Source: an uncultured delta proteobacterium (lineage in GTDB: Bacteria > Desulfobacterota > Binatia > HRBIN30 > BPIQ01). Taken from it: a DNA stretch of 64,000 nucleotides. The number at the start of each line of letters is the position of its first letter. Positions within the stretch are counted from its first letter, which is position 1. The notes under the pieces were generated by a model that made no database searches, was not told the origin of the DNA, and saw only the letters and a list, made by a program, of their open reading frames with translations. Below, in pieces: positions 55,699 through 64,000 of this stretch. Made by a program: the position numbers and the translations under genes. The DNA lies in NCBI GenBank assembly GCA_963761335.1, contig CAVXGR010000012.1:736001-800000 (forward strand), given 5' to 3'.

Positions 55699-56514
55699 CT
55701 AGCGGGCGCAGCGAAAGCCGACGTAGTAGACCGAGCCGGACGGCCAGACGAAGCCGTTCACGGCGAGCGGACCGGCGTACGAACCGTCGTTGAAGTAGCC
55801 GCCGCGCAGCAGCGCACCGGGCTCACCAGTGGTCGCCGCTCCGGCCAGGCACTGATAGTCGCCCGTCGGGCTCACTCCGGCGCCCCACGTGCCGCAGGTG
55901 GTCGAGCGCGGCACCCAGTCCGCCACCCACTCGTCCAGGTTCCCCACCATATCGAAGGCGCCGTCCGACGACACGCAGCTGCTGCGCGAGCCGGTGGGCT
56001 CCGCCACGAGGCTGCTGGCCGTGTTGCAGTCCGTCGTGCCGTTGTCCGGTCCCGGGTCCGGCGTCCCCGCCACCGCCGCCTGCCACTCCGCGTTCGACGG
56101 CAGCCGCTTCGCCGCGTTCTTGCACGCCTGCTGCGCCTGGAACCAGGTGATGTACGCCGACGGCGTCACCGACGGCAGGCTAACCGCGTAGATGTCGTTG
56201 GCGCAGTTCTGCCCGGCGTCATCGCACGGCGCGTAGTCGTCGCTCGTCGTGCCGAGCTCTATGGCGCCACCGTTGAAGAGATCGACCGCCGTCGCCTTCC
56301 CCAGCTGGATCTTCTTCACCAGCTTCTTGTTTGCCCCCTGCGGATCGGGCACCCGCCACACGCTGGCCTCGTACTTGTCCATGCACACCGTCCCCGACAC
56401 CACCGCGTCGTCGCTGCACTTCACCAGCGGCGTCTTCGGAAACCCCGCCAGCGCTGCGCCCGCCACGCCCATCACCAGGCCGGCCGCTGCTAGAATCCCA
56501 ATCATTCGCTTCAT
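55699..56514 (-). CDS. Secreted FGE/SUMF1-like CLec-fold protein, paralog 2; candidate DGR target
   Basis: About 89% identical to paralog 1 over the first 238 aa by hand count; strongly divergent C-terminal segment. Confidence 0.9.
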   Translation of the reverse strand: MKRMIGILAAAGLVMGVAGAALAGFPKTPLVKCSDDAVVSGTVCMDKYEASVWRVPDPQGANKKLVKKIQLGKATAVDLFNGGAIELGTTSDDYAPCDDAGQNCANDIYAVSLPSVTPSAYITWFQAQQACKNAAKRLPSNAEWQAAVAGTPDPGPDNGTTDCNTASSLVAEPTGSRSSCVSSDGAFDMVGNLDEWVADWVPRSTTCGTWGAGVSPTGDYQCLAGAATTGEPGALLRGGYFNDGSYAGPLAVNGFVWPSGSVYYVGFRCAR

Positions 56515-56595
56515 TCTCGTCTGCCTCTTTCGTCTGCTTGCGGCGCTGTAGATACCGGACCCCCCGGTCCCCCCTCAGCGCTCCGTTTCTCCAGA
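56515..56595 (-). repeat. Structured intergenic repeat, partial copy C (leader half)
   Basis: Matches 55488-55568. Confidence 0.85.
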
Positions 56596-56821
56596 CCAGA
56601 GCCAGCCTGTGTTGGCTCCCTTCTGAGCTCTTCAATTCTTCGAATCTTCGCCCACGGCGGGCCGAACGGCGCCGGGCGCATCGTCTCCCAGACAGCGGAA
56701 AGTGGATTCCCTGTTGGACCTTACGACAGTGCCGGCGCTGCTCGAGAGTAAGTGCTCGCCCTGCCCCGGCTAGTCGACCGGGGTGACCCGTGGCACATCA
56801 GCGGCCGAGGAGGTGACGCTG

Positions 56822-57190
56822 ATGGCGAAGGACGTAGAGGACGGAAGGGAGCTGCGACAAGCCGTGGCCCGCTTGGCGCGACGCCGGCGGACAGAGGCTG
56901 TTCCACGGCCGATCCGCAGCCGCGTGATCGAGTACGCACGGCGAGGCCGGAAGAGGGGCCGCAGCTGGCGGGAGCTGGCGCACTCGGTGGGCCTGGCTCC
57001 GTACACCGTGCAGCGCTGGGTGCGGCTCGCCGATGAGACCGGGCCGGCTGCACGGAAGCTGGTGCCGGTCCGGATCGAGCCGGAGGGGAGAGCTGGTAGC
57101 GGCGGCCTCGTGCTCGTCATGCCGACCGGCGTGCGACTGGAGGGGCTCGCCGCGGAGGACGCAGTGGCGGTGCTGCGCGGGCTCCAGTGA
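56822..57190 (+). CDS. tnpA: IS66 accessory protein TnpA (HTH)
   Basis: HTH SWRELAHSVGL..TVQRW, then LVPV and P.GVRLEG; GTGA overlap with tnpB. Confidence 0.8.
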   Translation: MAKDVEDGRELRQAVARLARRRRTEAVPRPIRSRVIEYARRGRKRGRSWRELAHSVGLAPYTVQRWVRLADETGPAARKLVPVRIEPEGRAGSGGLVLVMPTGVRLEGLAAEDAVAVLRGLQ

Positions 57191-57573
57191 TCGGCAGCAC
57201 GCGCAACCTGCGAGTGTGGGCGTATGCAGCGCCCGCCGACCTGCGCAAGGGCTTCGACGGCCTGAGCGGACTTGTGGCAGGCGAGCTCGGCCGCGACGTG
57301 CTCTCCGGGGACTGCTTTCTCTTCGTGTCGCGGAGTCGCCGCAGCGCCAAGGTTCTCGTCTGGGACGGCACCGGGCTCGTCATCTACCACAAGCGACTGG
57401 AGCAGGGACGCTTCCCCTCGCTGTGGGTCGAGGCGGTATCGGCGCCGGTGGTGCTCACGGTGACGGAGCTGACGCTCTTCCTCGAGGGGTGCCGGATGGT
57501 CACCCGCGTGCCGCTCTCGCCCCCGCCCTTCGAGCTGCCCGGCCGGCGGCAGACAGGTGATCGGCGTAGTTAG
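57187..57573 (+). CDS. tnpB: IS66 accessory protein TnpB
   Basis: DLRKGFDGL, FLF, KVLVWDGTG, KRLEQGRF. Confidence 0.93.
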   Translation: MIGSTRNLRVWAYAAPADLRKGFDGLSGLVAGELGRDVLSGDCFLFVSRSRRSAKVLVWDGTGLVIYHKRLEQGRFPSLWVEAVSAPVVLTVTELTLFLEGCRMVTRVPLSPPPFELPGRRQTGDRRS

Positions 57574-57621
57574 ACATAAGTAACTATTGCATTATCTAAG
57601 TGGATGGTGTATATACGCTCC

Positions 57622-59139
57622 ATGGTGGACATCGAGCGGGAGACCAACATCGAGCGGCTACGCGAGATGGCGCGCCTTCTCGACCGCGAGAACATGCGGC
57701 TCCACGCCCGGCTCCTGGAGCTCACCCGAAAGCTCGCCGAGGCCCGCGGCGAGGTCGCCACCCAGCTGCAGCTGGAGATCAGCGCTCTGCAGCAAACGCT
57801 CGACGCTCGCAACCAGGCGCTCTTCGGCCGCTCCTCCGAGAAGCGGCCGTCGCCGCCGGCGGAGAAGGCGAACGCAGAGGCGACCACCGCACCCACGCGC
57901 GGCCACGGCCCCACGGCGCAGCCCTCGCTGCCGATCATGGAGGAGATCCATCACCTCGACGAGCCCGACCGCGCCTGCCCCAAGTGTGGCGGCGCGCTTG
58001 CCGAGTGGGACGGGCAGTTCGAGGAGGCGGAGGAGGTCGACGTCGTCGAGCGCTCCTTCCGCATTGTCCGACACCGCCGGCAGAAGTACCGCTGCGCCTG
58101 TGGCTGCATTGAGACGGCGTTGGGCCCGCAGAAGCTCATCGAGGGCGGCCGCTACTCGGTGGGGTTCGCCGTGGAGGTGGCCGTCTCCAAGTACACCGAT
58201 CACCTGCCCTTGGCGCGCCAGGTGCGGCAGATGGCGCGAGCGGGGCTCACCGTCGGCACCCAGGCGCTGTGGGACCAGATCTTCGCCCTCTCGCGCCATC
58301 TGGAGCCCACCTACAAGGCCTTGCGGCACTATGTGCTCGGGGCGCCGGTGGTCGGCGCCGACGAGACCACCTGGCAGCTCATGGACGGCAAGAGCTCGGG
58401 GAAGTGGTGGGTGTGGGCGGTGACCCGGCCCGACGCTGTCTTCTACCAGATTCTCTCCTCGCGTTCGGCACAGGCGGCGGGCACCGTGCTCGGCGGGTTC
58501 CACGGCATCGTGGTCGCCGACGGGTACAGTGCCTACCGCGCGCTGCAGAAGCAGACGCGGGACGGGGACGGCGTACCGGACTTCGATCTCGCCTGCTGCT
58601 GGGCCCACTGCCGGAGGAAATTCGTTGAGGCGGAGCCGCACTATCCGCAGGCGACTCAGGCGATCGACTTGATCCGCGGGCTCTACCGGATCGAGGAGCG
58701 CGGCCGAGAGTCGGGCGATCCGGCCAAGCTCCTGGAGCTGCGCCGCACGGACTCGGCGAAGCTGATGGAGGCGATACGACTCTGGCTGGTCGAGCAGGCG
58801 AAGACGGCGCTGCCGCAATCGAGTCTCGGCAAGGCGATCGGCTACGCGCAGAGCCTCTGGCCCGGGTTCACGCGATTTCTCGGAAACTCGCAAATTCCCC
58901 TTGACAACAATGGGACTGAGAGAGTCCTCCGGGGTGTGGCCGTCGGAAGAAAAAATCACTACGGCTCCCGGTCGATCCGGGGAACCGAGGTGGCGGCGCT
59001 CTTCTACAGCCTGATCGAGTCGGCGAAGCTCAGCGGCATCGAGCCGGCGTACTACCTGCGCGAGGCAACTGCCCGGGCGATCACCAACCCGGGCACTGTC
59101 ACCCTCCCGGTCGATATCTGCACGGCGGACACGACATAG
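57622..59139 (+). CDS. tnpC: IS66 transposase TnpC
   Basis: FGRSSEK, CPKCGG, KY.DHLPL.RQ, ADET, ADGYSAY, CWAHCRRKF, DNN..ER, GRKN. Confidence 0.95.
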   Translation: MVDIERETNIERLREMARLLDRENMRLHARLLELTRKLAEARGEVATQLQLEISALQQTLDARNQALFGRSSEKRPSPPAEKANAEATTAPTRGHGPTAQPSLPIMEEIHHLDEPDRACPKCGGALAEWDGQFEEAEEVDVVERSFRIVRHRRQKYRCACGCIETALGPQKLIEGGRYSVGFAVEVAVSKYTDHLPLARQVRQMARAGLTVGTQALWDQIFALSRHLEPTYKALRHYVLGAPVVGADETTWQLMDGKSSGKWWVWAVTRPDAVFYQILSSRSAQAAGTVLGGFHGIVVADGYSAYRALQKQTRDGDGVPDFDLACCWAHCRRKFVEAEPHYPQATQAIDLIRGLYRIEERGRESGDPAKLLELRRTDSAKLMEAIRLWLVEQAKTALPQSSLGKAIGYAQSLWPGFTRFLGNSQIPLDNNGTERVLRGVAVGRKNHYGSRSIRGTEVAALFYSLIESAKLSGIEPAYYLREATARAITNPGTVTLPVDICTADTT

Positions 59140-60617
59140 TCCGCGGCCACGCCTCCGCTCCCGCCGCCGCACCACCACGGATGCTGAGTTAGCCTGCTAT
59201 CGCATCGTCGCGCCATACGGGGCGCGCTCGAGATCGGCGGGCTAGGTGAAAGGGGTGAGATGGGCCAGACGGTCGCTGGCCCGCGCTTGGCGGAGGCAAT
59301 CGCCGCGGCAACCACCGGGCTCGGCGGCCCTTGCTGCGGCGTGATGCAATTCGAGCGTGAAAAGACGGCCTCGCGCCGGCGGAGCCGTCGGCGAAGCCTC
59401 ATGGGGGGCGAGGCGGGAAAGAGGCGGGATCGAGAAGGGAGCGTTGGTTCGCTCTCTCTGCGGCGGGCCCCGTTCGTTGGCGCTCGCCTGCGTGAGCCTT
59501 CCGCACGACCCAAGATCAGCCGGCGCGACCCATAGCGACGGAGCTTCCCTCGGCTCCAGTGACCTCATGCCCGCAGGTCTTGCGCCGGCCGAATTCCTTT
59601 CGGCACTGGCCCCCGCGCCCTCGCCTTCGAGCCCCGGGGCGAGCTTGCGACCATGACTCCGACCTCGCCCTGGCGACTGGGGCAGGGACTCGGGGCCCTC
59701 GCCTTGGCCGCCAACGACCGTCCCTTTGCCGCGCCCATGTCGAAGCGTGCGAGCACCGACGGCGCGTGCCCACGAGGCCACGCCTCCGAGGCAGGCGAAG
59801 CAGAGGAGCGACAAGAAGACGAAGCCAACCACCCAGAAGCGAGGCACCTCGCCGCTTCGCAGGACGCCCTCGGTCACGCGCCTCGTGCCGTTGTAGCGCC
59901 TGCGAGTCAAAGCTCGCCCTAGGGCCGATTGTGGAACTCTTGGTGCCATGATCAAAGCTTGCGAATAGGAACTTATACTGCACGGTCCTTTGTAAATGCA
60001 ATTAGGGAAAGCCCCTATAGCCGATTCAGTGTTCCTCCGTAGGCCCGCAAGTCTCACAAGCGAAACAGGCCCGACTGCTTGCGAATTGACCAGCGCGATT
60101 GGTGGTCATTGTGTCAAGCAACAGGCAGACGACGCCGTCGAGGCGGTCTGGGGCCACACAGCGCCGGGCGCCGCAGCGGCACCCGCTGATGACACGGCGC
60201 CAGGGGACACAATCGCGCCGGATGATGACGCAGGCGGCGGCTGGCTCTCCTCCGCTGAGACCTGGCTCGACTTCCACGACGACACGCCCCGTCCTCGGAG
60301 GCAACGCCGCTGCCCATTCATTCAGGCCGTGCTGGCTCGTTAGGCAGCCGAAGCCGTCCGCTGTCTGACCACGCTCACAGGAAGCCGTGGGGCGCACTTG
60401 GGTACGCGACTTGCTCTACAATGCCTGCGAATTGGTCAATCCAGTTGCAGATTCTACCGGTCGCGAATGTCGTCAAAGCCTACGTTGGGGATGGGGGGGC
60501 CCGGTTCGCGAAGCGGAGAAGGCCCATTCTGCTCCGTCCCAGAAGCTCCTCCTTGAAAGGCGTACCGTCGACATCCGACATCGCCGGCGGCCTGCGATTG
60601 AGCGGAGGGCGCGAGGC

Positions 60618-61346
60618 ATGACCTACTGCATCGGTGTACTGCTGGACGAGGGGATGATCTTCGCCTCGGACTCCCGCACGAATGCCGGCGTCGACAACAT
60701 CGGCAAGTTCTGCAAGATGACGGTGTTCGAACGGCGCGGTGATCGCGTCCTCGTCTTGTTGAGCTCCGGAAATCTCGCCGGAACGCAGGCCGTGATCGGC
60801 GTGTTGAATCAGCGCTGTATCGACAACGCCGCGTCCCCCAATCTCTGGAGCGCCCGGACCATGTTCGACGCCGCCATGCTGGTCGCCGACGCGATGCGCG
60901 ATATCGAGCGCCGCGACGGTCAGTACATGCGAGAGAACCCGGCCGGATTCAACGCCTCGTTCATCGTCGGTGGGCAGATCAGCGGCGAGCCGTTGCGGCT
61001 GTTCCGCATCTATGCCGAGGGCAATTTCATCGAGGCGGGTGTCGACACACCGTACTTTCAGACAGGTGAAACCAAGTACGGCAAGCCGATCATCGACCGC
61101 GTGATTACCCGCGCTACGCCCCTCAACGAGGCCACCAAGTGCGTGCTGGTGTCGTTCGATTCCACCATGCGCAGCAACCTGTCGGTGGGCATGCCGATCG
61201 ACCTCCTTTGCTACGAGCGCGACTGTCTGGAAGTGAGGCGGAGGCGCCGATTCGACGATGGAGATGCCTATTTCACTGCACTGAGCCAAAACTGGAGTGA
61301 AGGCACGCGCCAGGTCTTTCGCCAGTTGCCCGAGCTGCAGTGGTGA
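60618..61346 (+). CDS. Proteasome-type protease (Anbu)
   Basis: MTYC.., SDSRTNAGVD, GNL..TQ, IY.EGNFI, GETKYGKPI.DR, STMRSNLSVG.P. Confidence 0.93.
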   Translation: MTYCIGVLLDEGMIFASDSRTNAGVDNIGKFCKMTVFERRGDRVLVLLSSGNLAGTQAVIGVLNQRCIDNAASPNLWSARTMFDAAMLVADAMRDIERRDGQYMRENPAGFNASFIVGGQISGEPLRLFRIYAEGNFIEAGVDTPYFQTGETKYGKPIIDRVITRATPLNEATKCVLVSFDSTMRSNLSVGMPIDLLCYERDCLEVRRRRRFDDGDAYFTALSQNWSEGTRQVFRQLPELQW

Positions 61347-61352
61347 CCGGCC

Positions 61353-62165
61353 GTGGCGATCGACGCCTTCATGATCACCTGCGAGCACGGCGGCAACGCC
61401 ATACCAGCGCCGTATCGACGGCTGTTTCGGGGGCGACGAGCTCTCCTCGACTCCCATCGCGGCTACGATCCGGGGGCGCGGGTCATGGCGAAGGAGCTGG
61501 CCAAGGCCTTCGGGGCGCCGCTGGTGACCTCGACCGTCAGCCGCCTGCTTGTCGACCTCAACCGCTCGATCGGTCATCCACGACTCTTCTCGGCGGCGAC
61601 GCGCGGCGCACCCGCGAACCTCCGTGCACAGATCCTCGAGCAACACTACCGGCCCTATCGCGCACATATCGAGCATCTCGTCAGGCGATCGGTACTGTGC
61701 GGCCGGCACCTGATCCACATTTCGTCGCACAGCTTCACGCCGGAGCTGGCCGGCAAGGAGCGAGCTGCCGACGTGGGCTTACTCTATCACCCCGCTCGGC
61801 ACCGGGAGGCCGAGCTGTGCGCTCGCTGGAAGGCATCGCTTGCGGCATTCGCTCCGGAGCTGCGGGTGCGCCGCAATTACCCGTATGCCGGCAAAGGCGA
61901 CGGGCTCACCTCGCACTTGCGCCGGCGTTTCCCGCGCCGCGCCTACGTCGGGATTGAGCTGGAGGTCAACCAGAAGATTGTCCTCGCCCCGGGCCGCCGC
62001 TGGACGGCGCTTCGCGGCGTGCTGATCGCTTCGTTGCGCGCGGCATGCACTGCCGGAGATTTCCATCCTGAATACGCATGGCCGGGAGACGCCGCCGGAT
62101 TCAATTCAACCACCTACACCGCCAGGCGTGCGCGACCCTACGTGGCGGATAGCGGAGACCCATGA
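61353..62165 (+). CDS. N-formylglutamate amidohydrolase family protein
   Basis: TCEHGGN.IP, H.GYD.GA, SRLLVDLNRS, HSFTP, NYPY, IELEV. Confidence 0.88.
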   Translation: MAIDAFMITCEHGGNAIPAPYRRLFRGRRALLDSHRGYDPGARVMAKELAKAFGAPLVTSTVSRLLVDLNRSIGHPRLFSAATRGAPANLRAQILEQHYRPYRAHIEHLVRRSVLCGRHLIHISSHSFTPELAGKERAADVGLLYHPARHREAELCARWKASLAAFAPELRVRRNYPYAGKGDGLTSHLRRRFPRRAYVGIELEVNQKIVLAPGRRWTALRGVLIASLRAACTAGDFHPEYAWPGDAAGFNSTTYTARRARPYVADSGDP

Positions 62166-62977
62166 TGCAAATTCGCGTCGGCTTCGAAATGATCTACGAC
62201 TGCCCGCAGCCAACCCCGATGATATTCAACGTCAACGTCCACTTCTCTCGCGTGTCGGATCTCGTCGGCCGCGACGACCTGATGGTCGACCCGCCGGTCC
62301 CGATGGCAGGCTATCGTGACAGCTTTGGCAACTGGTGCACGCGCATCGTTGCGCCGATGGGTCGCACACGCGTCGCCACCGACGCGATCGTGAACGACAC
62401 CGGAGCCCCCGACGAGATCGTTCCTCAGGCGCAACAGGTTCCCGTGCAGAAGCTGCCCGAGGAAACGCTACTCTTCCTGCTGGGGAGCCGGTATTGCGAG
62501 ACCGATCGGCTGTCCGAGAAGGCGTGGAGTCTCTTTGGTCAGGGGCCGAGCGGCTGGGGCCGCGTTCAGGCAATCTGCGACTATGTCCATCGACATATCG
62601 CATTCGGCTACGAGCACGCACGCATGACACGGACGGCGCTGGAAGCGTTTCACGACAGGACGGGGGTCTGCCGCGACTATGCGCACCTCGCCGTTGCCTT
62701 CTGTCGGTGCATGAACATCCCGGCGCGCTACTGCACCGGCTACCTGGGTGACATCGGGGTGCCGCCGCCGCACGGCACGATGGACTTCGCGGCGTGGTTC
62801 GAGGCCTTTCTCGACGGCCATTGGTACACATTTGATGCCCGCAACAACACGCCGCGCATCGGCAGGGTGCTGATCGCGCGCGGCCGCGACGCTTCCGATG
62901 TTGCGATCAGCAGCACGTTCGGTCCCAACACATTGACGAGTTTCCGGGTATGGACCGACGAAATGCGTCCCGCTTGA
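62162..62977 (+). CDS. Transglutaminase-like protein
   Basis: SRYCETD, GVCRDYAH, PARYCTGYL, MDF.AWFE, GRDA.DV. Confidence 0.92.
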   Translation: MMQIRVGFEMIYDCPQPTPMIFNVNVHFSRVSDLVGRDDLMVDPPVPMAGYRDSFGNWCTRIVAPMGRTRVATDAIVNDTGAPDEIVPQAQQVPVQKLPEETLLFLLGSRYCETDRLSEKAWSLFGQGPSGWGRVQAICDYVHRHIAFGYEHARMTRTALEAFHDRTGVCRDYAHLAVAFCRCMNIPARYCTGYLGDIGVPPPHGTMDFAAWFEAFLDGHWYTFDARNNTPRIGRVLIARGRDASDVAISSTFGPNTLTSFRVWTDEMRPA

Positions 62978-63026
62978 GTCGACCGGGATCTTCTTCCTGA
63001 CGCCCTGAGCCGCGGCGAGAAGCCGT

Positions 63027-64000
63027 TCAGCGTGCCGGTTGCAGGCCCATCTCCGCCACCGTCTCGCGCACCATCGCCAGCAGACAGCGCACGTCGGCCT
63101 CGAACAGCCGGCCGATGGTGCCGATCCGGAAGCAGTCGGCCCGGCTCACCTTGCCGGGATAGATGACCATCCCCTTCCGACTGAGGCGCGCGTAGAACTG
63201 CTCGAAGTCGAACCGCGGATCTTCGGGGTAACGGAAGGAGGTGATGATGTAGCCCTGATCTCGAGGCTCGAGAAGCTCCGCGAACCCGAGGGCGCGCATG
63301 CCGTCGACCAGGGTGGCATGATTGGCCCGATAGCGCGCCGCGCGAGCCGTAACCCCGCCTTCGTCTTCCAGCTCGCGGAGCGCCTGGTCGAGCGCCAGAA
63401 GCACGTGCGTGGGCGGTGTGAAGCGGAACTGGCCGTTGGTTTCCAGACCCCGCCACTGCGCCAGCAGATCGAGACTGAGGCTGCGCGCAAACCCCTCCGT
63501 GGCAAGCAGTGCATCCCGCCGTGCCAGGACCAAGGCGATGCCGGGAACACCCTCGAGGCACTTGTTCGCCGAGGCAATCAGGAAGTCGATGCCGCTCGCC
63601 GGGGGATCGATCGGCACCGCGCCGAAGCTGCTCATGGCGTCGACACAGAAGACCAGGCCGAAGCCCCGGACGACGCGCCCGATGGCGTCGATCGGGTTGA
63701 TGATGCCGGTCGTGGTCTCGCAGTGCACCATCACCACGTTGGTGATGCGCGCCTCGCGGGCCAGCACCGCCGCGACCTCCTCGGGCACCGGCGTCGTGTC
63801 CTCGGCGCAGCGCAGGACCGTGTGCTCGAGCCTCAGCACGGCCGCCATCTGTGCGATGCGCTCGCCGTAGGCGCCGTTGGCGACGACCAGCAGCTTGCCG
63901 TCCGGCGGCACGGTGGACGACACGACCGCTTCCACCGCGAAGGTGCCGCTGCCCTGTATCAACACGGCTTCGTAACCGGCCTCCGCGGAGACTCCGCCGA
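63027..64000 (-). CDS. phnW: 2-aminoethylphosphonate--pyruvate transaminase, 5' end outside window
   Basis: QGSGTFAVE, NGAYGER, VHCETTTG, DAMSSFGA, SANKCLEGVPG, RFTPPTH, IYPGK. Confidence 0.92.
   Translation of the reverse strand, partial: GGVSAEAGYEAVLIQGSGTFAVEAVVSSTVPPDGKLLVVANGAYGERIAQMAAVLRLEHTVLRCAEDTTPVPEEVAAVLAREARITNVVMVHCETTTGIINPIDAIGRVVRGFGLVFCVDAMSSFGAVPIDPPASGIDFLIASANKCLEGVPGIALVLARRDALLATEGFARSLSLDLLAQWRGLETNGQFRFTPPTHVLLALDQALRELEDEGGVTARAARYRANHATLVDGMRALGFAELLEPRDQGYIITSFRYPEDPRFDFEQFYARLSRKGMVIYPGKVSRADCFRIGTIGRLFEADVRCLLAMVRETVAEMGLQPAR

Larger units (their letters stand above)
56748..59225 (+). mobile_element. IS66-family element
   Basis: tnpA-tnpB-tnpC order; left end GTAAG at 56748; flanking 8-mer GCTCGAGA recurs at 59226-59233; no matching right inverted repeat seen, so right boundary is uncertain. 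Confidence 0.85.

Noticed and set aside
54490..56595. Integron attC cassette array
   Set aside because: No RYYYAAC/GTTRRRY boxes bounding the repeats and no integron integrase
59234..60617. ORFs between IS66 and Anbu
   Set aside because: Low-complexity translations without motifs or clear starts; probably decayed sequence

Overview
High-GC bacterial chromosome segment. The myxobacterial-type Cys-rich repeats, Thr/Pro linkers and gene content suggest a deltaproteobacterium-like lineage such as Candidatus Binatia (inference only). It carries rnr (5'-truncated), assorted metabolic and transport genes, three tRNAs (Cys, Arg, Ser), a 5-PAS hybrid kinase next to an internally deleted IS, a glycosyltransferase cluster, several large modular secreted proteins, an IS66 element, an Anbu/transglutaminase cluster and phnW (5'-truncated). 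The most notable feature is a minus-strand array at about 52.3-56.6 kb of C-type-lectin-fold genes: two tandem FGE/SUMF1-like paralogs plus DUF1566-like copies. Their 3' ends carry the codon signature of diversity-generating retroelement (DGR) variable regions and are followed by 8-nt periodic tracts and hairpins. I found no reverse transcriptase or template repeat in the window, so these look like remote (trans) DGR targets of two different families organised as repeated cassettes. Also notable are two apparently uncharacterised C-terminal modules shared between secreted proteins, and a dispersed MITE-like family with at least 5 copies.
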